64,000 nt of DNA from Candidatus Thorarchaeota archaeon AB_25 (GCA_001940705.1 MEHG01000001.1:25128-89127); one strand, 5' to 3'. Positions 1-7,726 are shown, counted from the stretch's first letter. Translations and numbers: made by a program. The notes: generated from the sequence alone by a model not told the origin.

Positions 1-1057
1 TTACTCTTTTTCCTGCTCGCAGCAGTTCAGATATCAGTAGAGCTAAGATATGGTGTCGCGAATTTTCAGTACCTCCGCATACGAGTGTTCCGGTTTCAAG
101 GTCCTGATGGGACATTCCTGCAGGGGGACCAGTTTGGAGTGTGTCAGGATTGAGTGTAACTCCAAGTTGATAATCATCAGGACGACCTCGAATCGGTGCA
201 ATGAACTGACCGGGAATATTGCTGCCAACCTCAGAAGCTAGCTCACTTCGTAGCTGAACCAACCATTCGGACAATTCTGAACCTGCTGCATAAAACCAAT
301 TACCTTGTTTGTCGATTTCATGCTGCTTCATTCTTTTGTAAAGCGCTCTTGGTTTTAGTCGCACCCATTCTTTCTCTGGAACTGCGGCTCGCACCGCAGA
401 CTCAAACGAGTCACTCTGAGTGGAGTCTCGTATTTGCCCAATAATCGTCGTGTGTGCAATCCAAAGACCACTACGTCGAGTAAGATATGCTTCCAGATTT
501 CCCTTTGATAATCTATTGAGATATCCTTCTAGCAAATCAGAGATCTTTTCTTCATTCATAGCCCGAGCTATCTTTTCTGGTTTCATTGTGACGAAGAGAC
601 CAAATCCATTTGATGTATCAATGGCACGCACCAACGAACCAACATTGCCAAGAAGATTGGGACTTGGCTTACCAAGATCCATTCCGACGGAGTAACGTGA
701 TCCTCCTACACCTTTCACATGTAGATTCTCTGGTGTCACTAGACACGAAAGATCACTTTCTGGGACTTCTTCCCAGGATTCTTGAATGAGTGCACTCATC
801 TCTTTTGTTTCTCGAATTTTCGGGGAAAAGAAATGGATGATCAGTAATACAGCGGAGGTGATTGTGACAATCACTGGAACGTAAAGACCAATCACAATTG
901 AGAGAAATGATGTAAACAGCAGGATTGCTAGTGGACGTCCAACAACACGATTCTCCCATCGAATCTCAGTCCCTGTAGTAATTGTACTCGATGATTCTGA
1001 AAGCTCCTGAAGAGGGTCGACCTCTGGTTTCGTACCAAGAATCAGTCGTTTACCCAA
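1..1057 (-). CDS. Partial CDS (first ~352 codons; 3' end lies beyond the window edge): membrane-anchored protein whose cytoplasmic part ends in a degenerate P-loop-like segment (HerA/VirB4-like NTPase fold suspected, not proven)
   Basis: Not in the supplied track because no stop lies in the window. I checked every minus-strand codon from 1057 down to 2 by hand and found no stop. TTG start at 1057 is preceded by AGGAGGGAG (6-nt spacer) and overlaps the upstream stop by 8 nt. One long hydrophobic stretch: RPLAILLFTSFLSIVIGLYVPVIVTITSAVLLIIHFF. The last residues GTLVCGGTENSRHHILALLISELLRAGKRV look like a Walker-A neighbourhood lacking GK[ST]. Confidence 0.65.
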   Translation of the reverse strand, partial: MGKRLILGTKPEVDPLQELSESSSTITTGTEIRWENRVVGRPLAILLFTSFLSIVIGLYVPVIVTITSAVLLIIHFFSPKIRETKEMSALIQESWEEVPESDLSCLVTPENLHVKGVGGSRYSVGMDLGKPSPNLLGNVGSLVRAIDTSNGFGLFVTMKPEKIARAMNEEKISDLLEGYLNRLSKGNLEAYLTRRSGLWIAHTTIIGQIRDSTQSDSFESAVRAAVPEKEWVRLKPRALYKRMKQHEIDKQGNWFYAAGSELSEWLVQLRSELASEVGSNIPGQFIAPIRGRPDDYQLGVTLNPDTLQTGPPAGMSHQDLETGTLVCGGTENSRHHILALLISELLRAGKRV

Positions 1058-1355
1058 GTTTTACTCCCTCCTGCTTTACAACTAGTCGTTTGGTTGTTCT
1101 TTGGAGCATGTCCAAAACTTGCTTGAGACGGTTGACGTATGCAGGGTCTCCGCCAGCAACAACAATCGAACGGTTCCCTGTCATCAACAGCTCTGGCATA
1201 TTTCCAAGTGTTGGATTTCCGTGAGCAACAAGTAAGGGCTGTCGTACGAGAACGGTCCATTTGTAGCCATGACCTAGTTCAAGAGACCTCATGATATCTT
1301 CTGGTTTGACACCAGGGGGTATTTCCAGACCGGAACGTAATTCATTAGGATACAT
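1050..1355 (-). CDS. Hypothetical protein (101 aa), member of the RadA-like/XPD operon
   Basis: Track ORF. The start overlaps the upstream stop by 11 nt and the stop overlaps the downstream TTG start by 8 nt. No recognisable motif. Confidence 0.5.
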   Translation of the reverse strand: MYPNELRSGLEIPPGVKPEDIMRSLELGHGYKWTVLVRQPLLVAHGNPTLGNMPELLMTGNRSIVVAGGDPAYVNRLKQVLDMLQRTTKRLVVKQEGVKLG

Positions 1356-1944
1356 TGGTCTGCAAACCTCCTGTGTTCACTATCAGAATATCCTGTTTCT
1401 CTGCTCGCTCCACAGGCAAATGTGGGTAAGCTGCTCTCATCGCGCTCTCTAGAATCATGATGTCTGCCATCATGAGTTTCGAAAGTTGTTCTAATCTCAA
1501 TCGAGTGTTCGGCAATCGGAGTGCGCTTCGACGGACTAGCATACCAACTTTCGTCAATTCATTTCCAATTGGGCGTGTTATGAAGAAGACTAGAGTTCCA
1601 CCATTTTCATTCTGAAACCGTGTGTGCATAGCCTGTAGAACTTTGCTTGCAGAATGGCTAAGATCAATCCCTAGTGGTACACTACCAAGTAGTCGCGCAG
1701 CACACAGTTCGACTCGCCAAGGTCTGACAATTGCGACAAATCCTCGTTGTTCATCCCATAGGACATTCGGATCATAGCTTGACCAATAGTCGAGATAGAG
1801 GACTGCAACATAGACTAGAAGTCCTGTTCCAATCAGGGCTAATCCTGTGAGATCATTGGGTGTAATCCAGATTTTCAGGAGTAATGTGGTGGTTATCACT
1901 GAAAGTGCGAGCCACTTTAGTCCAGGCGTGTTAATGATATTCAT
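1345..1944 (-). CDS. Hypothetical membrane protein (199 aa; two N-terminal TM helices plus a soluble C-terminal domain)
   Basis: Track ORF. ATGA overlap with the XPD-like stop (1941-1944). Hydrophobic segments LKWLALSVITTTLLLKIWI and LALIGTGLLVYVAVLYL. Confidence 0.55.
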   Translation of the reverse strand: MNIINTPGLKWLALSVITTTLLLKIWITPNDLTGLALIGTGLLVYVAVLYLDYWSSYDPNVLWDEQRGFVAIVRPWRVELCAARLLGSVPLGIDLSHSASKVLQAMHTRFQNENGGTLVFFITRPIGNELTKVGMLVRRSALRLPNTRLRLEQLSKLMMADIMILESAMRAAYPHLPVERAEKQDILIVNTGGLQTNVS

Positions 1945-3902
1945 TCTGTCAAACCCTCCTGCATCTTTACAAATTGGCTAATCGCAAGTTTGAGCTCCTC
2001 AACATCTCTATACGGCCAGACATCAGATACGATCTCTTCACCGAAGACCTTCAGATGCTTGAGAAATCGATTATCAAGTAAAACTACAACTCCAGTATCA
2101 GTTGGAGACCTTCGTAATCGACCAACCAACTGGGCAACCTGACGTATTGATGGAACAACTGCTGCATAGTAATACCCGGTCCCATTTCCAAACCGAGAGT
2201 CATACCATCGTTGAAGCGCAGCCTGATAGCTTGTGGGTGGACTAAATGGAATTCCCACACCAATGATCAGGTCAATCATACTGGTGCCATCGCTGACTAG
2301 GTCAATACCCTCAGAGAACTTCCCACCATAGACACAGAATACTGCTTGAGGTTTGTCCGAAATAGCTTCAGCAAGTGTTTCTATACGCTCTGCCCTGGTC
2401 TCAACAAGGGTCTCTCGAAAGCCAGTGTCAATTGAGTAACTCATGACCTCGTGTAGCATCTTGTAACTTGGAAACGAGATCAGTGCACTCTTGTTTGCGG
2501 GCATGGTCGTTAATGCCGCACTGATTCTGTCTGCAAGACTACGCCAAAGGTCTGGACCCCGCAACTGGTACTTTGTATTCAGCGTCTTGTCAACGAGCAC
2601 AAGCCTTGTGCCTCTAGGATATGGACTCAAAAGGTCTTCAGAGACCGCTCCTGTCACTCCAAGGAGTCTCGAATAGTAATCAAGAGGTCTCAGAGTGCCG
2701 GACATCAGAACAGCTGATCTCGCACTCCGTAGAATTGGTGCTGTTAGTCCTGATGAGTTCAAGGGTTGAATCATGAGTACAGATTTTGAGGTTGGTGCAT
2801 CTTCCTTCCAAGATTTCTTGTCCTGCAGTGTGACATGCCATCCCTCACTCTTCGATGCCCTCTGAGAAGTGAATAGAAACTCGATGAGTCGGTCCAGCGG
2901 GGTCTCTATTAGTCCTGCATTCTCTGGGTCTCCTAATCCTGGTCTTCCTGCGGAGTGTAGTATCTCGAGGTCATCCTCCTTGACGAATCGAGGTGCAACA
3001 TCCCACTTGTCAAGAACTCGTTCACTTCGATTATACATTCTATCCAGGTTGACCATCATGGTCTCCCAGAGGAAGTCTATGACCTCTCTTATCCATTTGA
3101 GACCGGTCTCTTTAGTGACCAGCTGATGGTTCTCCTTTAACCATCGTAGGTCTTCATTGCTGAGCTGAGATGTTTCTGCATCGAGGACATGGCCAGGGAG
3201 ATTATGTGCTTCATCAACCAGGAGATCAACCTCAGGCAAGGAGATTCCAAGGGATGAAAGGAGTGCATCACGCACTCTTGATCTGAAGATGTAGCTGTAG
3301 GGTCCGATTATGACACGACTGCTCCTGGCACACCAGCGCATCATCTCATATGGACAGACGCCTTCATCAGCAGCCCTTTCTTCGACTCTTTCTCTCGTCA
3401 CGACTCCTGTATTAAGAAGGTCCTCAACGACCTCGCGAAGCACATCACGAATGACAATTCTTCCTTCCGCCTTATTCTTCTGGTAGAAGTTCCAATAGTG
3501 GTGACATGACCCAGTTTTTATCATCTGAGCGCAGGCTCGCATGAATCCTGTAGAGCTCAGAGACTCCATCTGGTGTCGAATTGGACAGACGTGAACTCTC
3601 GAGACCATGGTCGTAGCAGTGAGGTCTGGTTTGACTGAACGAAGTACCTCCAGCTCACTCTCGAAGACCTTAGACTGAGAATGAGTCCTTGTCAAAGCGA
3701 ACAGTCTAGAGGCGTTGTCATGACCTCGAGCAGCCAGATAACCAGAAAGGACTGCAATTGTCTTTCCTACACCGCAATCAGCGGAAAGTAATCCGACAGT
3801 TTTCGTTGAGTACGTGTCAACTGCGAGACCGACTGCCTTCTCCTGATGTGGTCTAGGAGAATATGGAAAGAATTCCATTGTGTCGGTCGTCGCTGCGCTC
3901 AA
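1941..3902 (-). CDS. xpd: XPD/Rad3-family (DinG-like) 4Fe-4S DNA helicase
   Basis: 653-aa ORF. N-terminal FPYSPRPHQ, Walker A DCGVGKT, DEAH box VDEAHNL. Cys residues in VCPIRH, CAQMIKTGSC and GVCPYE lie between motifs I and II, as in the XPD Fe-S domain. The start is either the TTG at 3902 (GAGG upstream, abuts the upstream stop) or the ATG at 3878 (MEFFPYSPRP). Confidence 0.9.
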   Translation of the reverse strand: MSAATTDTMEFFPYSPRPHQEKAVGLAVDTYSTKTVGLLSADCGVGKTIAVLSGYLAARGHDNASRLFALTRTHSQSKVFESELEVLRSVKPDLTATTMVSRVHVCPIRHQMESLSSTGFMRACAQMIKTGSCHHYWNFYQKNKAEGRIVIRDVLREVVEDLLNTGVVTRERVEERAADEGVCPYEMMRWCARSSRVIIGPYSYIFRSRVRDALLSSLGISLPEVDLLVDEAHNLPGHVLDAETSQLSNEDLRWLKENHQLVTKETGLKWIREVIDFLWETMMVNLDRMYNRSERVLDKWDVAPRFVKEDDLEILHSAGRPGLGDPENAGLIETPLDRLIEFLFTSQRASKSEGWHVTLQDKKSWKEDAPTSKSVLMIQPLNSSGLTAPILRSARSAVLMSGTLRPLDYYSRLLGVTGAVSEDLLSPYPRGTRLVLVDKTLNTKYQLRGPDLWRSLADRISAALTTMPANKSALISFPSYKMLHEVMSYSIDTGFRETLVETRAERIETLAEAISDKPQAVFCVYGGKFSEGIDLVSDGTSMIDLIIGVGIPFSPPTSYQAALQRWYDSRFGNGTGYYYAAVVPSIRQVAQLVGRLRRSPTDTGVVVLLDNRFLKHLKVFGEEIVSDVWPYRDVEELKLAISQFVKMQEGLTE

Positions 3903-4526
3903 TCAGTCTGCCTCCACTCTTAGTCGTGCCTCTGCGCGGTAAATTCTGAATTTCAATGAGAAGTACTTGTGTAGCATTCGTTGGAATCTCATCATGAGGT
4001 CAGGAGAACTGAATCCGGTCTCCTTCCTTGCCATCCGTTCAACAATAGGGGGGCTGAACCCATTCTTTCGAGCAGCCTTCCAGAACCATTTCTCAACCTC
4101 CCTCATCGTTGAGAGTAAATGGGAAAGTGAATCTTCGATGATTGACATCAGCTCTTGGACTGACTTCTTTGGGTCTTTTGGAAGCCCAGAGACCTTGATA
4201 CCTGTGGGTAAGTAGACTGCTACCCCTTCCGTACTGTCTAGCTTGACTTCTCTTGGAACACCTTTAGTTCCACGAAGGGTCTCTAGTAGTGAGAGAAGCT
4301 TTGGAAGCTGTGGGAGCATAGGTCTCTCTGAGTCTGTGCTTCTCCAGTCAACTCTGGTCACTACGTAGAGTTCTGGGTCAGGACCTCTCGCACGCTCCAA
4401 CACTGTAATCCTGTGCGCCGATTCTCGCAACAAGAGGTTCACCAGGTTAATCATTGAGCTACGAGGTATGTTGGGTGGAGTCGTTGGTACCCATGTCGAC
4501 TGGTCGGGATTATCAGTACTAGACAT
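3903..4526 (-). CDS. Hypothetical protein (207 aa)
   Basis: Track ORF with an 8-nt overlap with the upstream gene; its stop abuts the XPD-like start. No motif recognised. Confidence 0.55.
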   Translation of the reverse strand: MSSTDNPDQSTWVPTTPPNIPRSSMINLVNLLLRESAHRITVLERARGPDPELYVVTRVDWRSTDSERPMLPQLPKLLSLLETLRGTKGVPREVKLDSTEGVAVYLPTGIKVSGLPKDPKKSVQELMSIIEDSLSHLLSTMREVEKWFWKAARKNGFSPPIVERMARKETGFSSPDLMMRFQRMLHKYFSLKFRIYRAEARLRVEAD

Positions 4527-4974
4527 CAGTCCACGCCTCCTTTGTCAGGGATACAGCAACACCATTATTGCAGATCGCTCCCTCAGACTCGAGTGTGTCC
4601 ATGAACTTCATGGCACGACCTAGGTCTATTCCCGCCTCACTACATTCCCTCATCACATTCTCGATGGAAACTGCGCGGCCTCTGTTCATATCTATAAGTG
4701 ATTCAATGATATTGAACACTCGTCGTTTGATCCCAATTCCTCGACCATTTCCACCTTGTTTCACCTTGGAGATCTGCGACTCGATAACGAGCTCGCGGAC
4801 ACAGGACTGGGCTTCCTGGACTGTCACAGCATAGAGAGTGCCAGCCTCATGCAGGATGATTCCTTGGCAGAGGCTGCAGCGAGAGGCTTCATCTTCAGTT
4901 TCTACGTGGGAATAGCCAATATTCCTGCAGTGATTGCATCGGTATACTCTGAACATCCCTCGCATACGGTTCAC
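4519..4974 (-). CDS. Zn-ribbon (CxxC...CxxC) plus C-terminal winged-helix-like DNA-binding protein
   Basis: YRCNHCRN...x17...RCSLCQG gives four Cys in a ribbon spacing. The C-terminal RVFNIIESLIDMNRGRAVSIENVMRECSEAGIDLGRAMKFMDTLESEGAI looks like a wHTH. The GTG start shares nt 4974 with the RadA-like stop; alternative ATGs at 4965 and 4956. Confidence 0.55.
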   Translation of the reverse strand: MNRMRGMFRVYRCNHCRNIGYSHVETEDEASRCSLCQGIILHEAGTLYAVTVQEAQSCVRELVIESQISKVKQGGNGRGIGIKRRVFNIIESLIDMNRGRAVSIENVMRECSEAGIDLGRAMKFMDTLESEGAICNNGVAVSLTKEAWTDV

Positions 4975-6050
4975 TAACTCTCACCCACCACGGTCTCGGC
5001 CTCGACTACAATCTCTTCTTCAACCTCGGGAGTGTCCTCCTTCACCTCGAGACCCTCACCTTGTTTTTCGAAGTATTCCTTTATGTCAGGTTCAATCTCT
5101 TTCTTCGTCTTCGCGTCTGGATACATACCACCCCAACCAACGATGAGCTCTGCATCAAACTCAGGAAGTCCAGCGTTATCCTGCAACTCGATCTTTCGGA
5201 TATCGCCCTTGGTTCTTCGTGTGTAGAATCTGTAATCGCTAGCGTGTGATATGATATGGCCTCCCACTGGAGCATTCGGGTTTCCTCCATAGGTGGAGAT
5301 CTTAGCCATGACTTGGTTGGAATAAGCGAAAATGCAGTCGGTCGCTGTGGACGTTCGGCGCATCTGGTTGAGGAGGTTGTTCATGTCCTGTTGCCTGATT
5401 CTCATGTTTTCCAGACCTGTGTACTCTGCGCGGAAGAGACCTGTGAACGAGTCAATGACCACTAGTTTGTAATCTTGCTCGGCACACATCTGGGGTATTG
5501 TCTCAAAGATCTCTGTTATCTGGCCAGATAGGACGACCTCTGCACGACCGATGTTTCCAAGGGTCACGTCTGGATCTAGTCCGTGTCTAATTGCATTGGC
5601 CCTGATGGTACGTGGTTTGAAGCTGGACTCAGTGTCCAACCAGAGAACCCTTCCTTCGAGACCTCCCTTCTCAAGTGGGAGCTGAGCTGTCACGGCTAAT
5701 TGACTGACCCACTGAGTTTTTCCGCCTCTTGCTGGGCCGAAAAATTCTACTATGCTTCCGACCTCGATTCCGCCACGAAGGGCCTGATCGACCTTTGGGA
5801 TTCCAGTGGTGAGTCGGGGCTTAGTCGCCATCTCTTGCTCTATCTCGAGACCTGACCTGAACCCGAACTTACCCACGAGGAGCCGAGCGTTCTTGATGAC
5901 CTTCTCGCATGTACCTTCACCCATCTTAGTCTTCTTTAGTAATTCAACTGGGTTCTGGACAGCTAGAAGTTCAGCTGTTGTGACGTAAACTTCCCTCAGT
6001 TTCTTTGCGACTGCGGGACCAATACCCTGAACAGCCTCGAGTTCTGTCAT
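4974..6050 (-). CDS. radA: RadA/Rad51-type recombinase homolog, divergent, with an acidic C-terminal extension
   Basis: N-terminal HhH-like segment (VQGIGPAVAKKLRE). Walker A FFGPARGGKTQ, Walker B KLVVIDSF. Core similarity to archaeal RadA throughout (LWLDTESSFKPRTI, SNQVMAK..GGNPNAPVGGHIISHAS). About 45 extra C-terminal residues rich in E/V. Confidence 0.85.
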   Translation of the reverse strand: MTELEAVQGIGPAVAKKLREVYVTTAELLAVQNPVELLKKTKMGEGTCEKVIKNARLLVGKFGFRSGLEIEQEMATKPRLTTGIPKVDQALRGGIEVGSIVEFFGPARGGKTQWVSQLAVTAQLPLEKGGLEGRVLWLDTESSFKPRTIRANAIRHGLDPDVTLGNIGRAEVVLSGQITEIFETIPQMCAEQDYKLVVIDSFTGLFRAEYTGLENMRIRQQDMNNLLNQMRRTSTATDCIFAYSNQVMAKISTYGGNPNAPVGGHIISHASDYRFYTRRTKGDIRKIELQDNAGLPEFDAELIVGWGGMYPDAKTKKEIEPDIKEYFEKQGEGLEVKEDTPEVEEEIVVEAETVVGES

Positions 6051-6514
6051 GGAATCTCCTCCTCTTCAAGCCGCTTAGAAACTGGACCCTCCAATGGGAC
6101 CAGTCTGAGGAATGCTGGCAGGTCAAACATTGGGACGACGATCTCACCGTTAGACCGCAATAGTGTAAGACCATTTAGAAGTTGGATGACCTCTTCCTGT
6201 CGTGCTAGTGGTACTCGAAAGTACAGCCCTTCAGGGGTGACCTCACCAGTTATGCTGATATAGCCACCAAGAGCGTCATATGCGGACCCAACTAGACCGT
6301 CACCGTCTTGTGGGGCTGTTCCAGGATCTGCAGGTACAACATCTCCCACCAATCGAATCATCTGGAAGATGTCATCATAGAACTCTTCCCAGAGCCAACT
6401 GGGACTTCTGTTCTCTGCGACCCGTAATCCTGCTGCTGCACCCGCGAGCCACGCCACTTGGGGCATGGTGAAAGGTGCACGAGGAACACTTTGAATAAAA
6501 TCGTCTACTTGCAT
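6047..6514 (-). CDS. Hypothetical protein (155 aa)
   Basis: Track ORF. ATG abuts the upstream TAG (6514-6517) and there is an ATGA overlap with the RadA-like start (6047-6050). Confidence 0.55.
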   Translation of the reverse strand: MQVDDFIQSVPRAPFTMPQVAWLAGAAAGLRVAENRSPSWLWEEFYDDIFQMIRLVGDVVPADPGTAPQDGDGLVGSAYDALGGYISITGEVTPEGLYFRVPLARQEEVIQLLNGLTLLRSNGEIVVPMFDLPAFLRLVPLEGPVSKRLEEEEIP

Positions 6515-7267
6515 CTAAATTTCTACCTCCTCACCGATCTGTACTCCGCTAATGACCTCTGGTAGTGGTTGAAGATCCTCCAACCATTCCTTGAGGCCGC
6601 GTATCATGGGGTCTCTCAACTGGCCATTGCTAAGTACTGAAGCTAAGAGAGCCTTTGATGCTACCACAACTCTTTGCAGTGCCAACTCACGTTCTGAGAA
6701 TGTCATTGGACGGAACCATGGCATCGTCACAAATCCAGATTCTCCAGCAAGGTATTCTCGCCAGTCAATCTCCCAGTTCGCGACAAGGGGATCACGCCTA
6801 ACTATTCCAAGTAGGACATCGGTCCACTCAGTCCAACGCTTCATGAAGTTGCGAACCGACGCAGACAGAGCCTTCAGACTGCCACCCTTTCTCTCGGACA
6901 GTCCTTCAAAAACAAGAACCAGTCTGGTCGCGTCATCCTTGGCAATCGCACTGAGTGCAAGTCCAGTGTTGATGGATGTGGTCATGAGTGCTAGTCCAGG
7001 GACAATCCCTGGAATGTCGCAAGGGAGATACCTGCCTTTCCGCTCTGGTTCAAACTTTTGGAACGGAGAGAGGATATCACTCCTTAGTCCAACAATCATG
7101 ATCAGACTTGCATCTCTGTCTGGTCCGTGATATCGAAGCCGAGCTTTTAGGACAGTCCGGTCGGTGTTACTGAACATCACTTGAAGCGGCAGGGTGACGT
7201 CTATCATTCCCGTACCCTTCGCTTCTCTGTGAGCGGCCATCAGTTGATCTTCGAGTTGTGTTAGCAT
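6515..7267 (-). CDS. Hypothetical protein (250 aa), first gene of the operon
   Basis: Track ORF preceded by ~520 bp of non-coding DNA. No motif recognised. Confidence 0.55.
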   Translation of the reverse strand: MLTQLEDQLMAAHREAKGTGMIDVTLPLQVMFSNTDRTVLKARLRYHGPDRDASLIMIVGLRSDILSPFQKFEPERKGRYLPCDIPGIVPGLALMTTSINTGLALSAIAKDDATRLVLVFEGLSERKGGSLKALSASVRNFMKRWTEWTDVLLGIVRRDPLVANWEIDWREYLAGESGFVTMPWFRPMTFSERELALQRVVVASKALLASVLSNGQLRDPMIRGLKEWLEDLQPLPEVISGVQIGEEVEI

Positions 7268-7278
7268 ACCTTTGCACC

Positions 7279-7310
7279 GTACGTATGCAACGTATACGTA
7301 GACCTATACG
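7279..7310 (-). promoter_or_regulatory. Clustered CGTATA repeats and a 10-nt palindrome immediately upstream of the operon start (candidate operator/promoter element)
   Basis: GTACGTATGCAACGTATACGTAGACCTATACG. CGTAT(G/A) at 7282 and 7291, inverted TATACG at 7305, perfect palindrome ACGTATACGT at 7290-7299. Lies 12-43 nt upstream of the ATG at 7267. Confidence 0.25.
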
Positions 7311-7555
7311 AAAGTTGGGTCTATGATGAAGAAGGCATCATAACCCTTATTTTCCATAATGAAGGTCTATCAAAATTAGCGGTCAGATTATTGAATATCT
7401 TGAGCTAGAAAATCTCGTTTAGTCGACTCATTTCTATTATTCAGTATACCCTTAGGTCCTTTTCTGCAACAGAAGTAATAGACGAACAACAAAAATCGAA
7501 CACTAATACACGAAGTTCTGTGGGACTCACAAAGGATGGAGTACTAGCTGGGCTC

Positions 7556-7726
7556 GATTGCACATTTGACCCTTGATGATTGAAAGAAAATGTGGAGGAA
7601 GCCCTAAAAGGTCAAAGAAGCGTTATCCGCCCGTATAATCTCGACGCTGAGGTTATCTATATCCCCTAATTGTCCTACTCGACTCTTAGCTTGTAGGGTC
7701 ACTGGACAGAGAACACTTTGCTTTCC
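7556..7726 (+). promoter_or_regulatory. Conserved ~170-nt leader element, copy A, upstream of GH3 paralog 1
   Basis: Aligns without gaps to 11916-12085, roughly two thirds identical by hand count. Includes the identical 20-mer GATTGCACATTTGACCCTTG. Confidence 0.5.

Noticed and set aside
43-959. Short track ORFs at the left edge (43-228 -, 50-241 +, 420-695 +, 753-959 -).
   Set aside because: All lie inside the 352-codon open frame that I verified on the minus strand (1-1057), so I treat them as shadow ORFs.
6591-7130. Long antisense or alternative-frame ORFs. Examples: 6591-7130 +, 12567-13031 -, 22651-23121 +, 24648-25145 +, 26519-27031 +, 43449-44024 +, 48729-49181 -, 57577-58290 +, 62398-62763 +.
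   Set aside because: Each is fully embedded in a longer ORF on the other strand or frame that has recognisable family motifs. Their compositions (S/R/P/C-rich) look like shadow translations.
1-7267. Apparent higher GC of the RadA-like/XPD operon, as a sign of horizontal transfer.
   Set aside because: My spot counts on a few 60-nt lines (about 42-58%) overlap values from other well-conserved genes such as the AOR region. It needs a computed sliding-window profile, and I saw no integrase, tRNA or direct repeats flanking the operon.
7573-7638. Identically positioned 21-codon basic uORF in both GH3 leaders (the partner is 11933-11998).
   Set aside because: Only about 5 of 20 residues are identical, while the DNA is about two thirds identical and mismatches show no 3-nt periodicity. 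A stop-free run of 21 codons is also not statistically unusual. I keep it only as a caveat to the leader finding.
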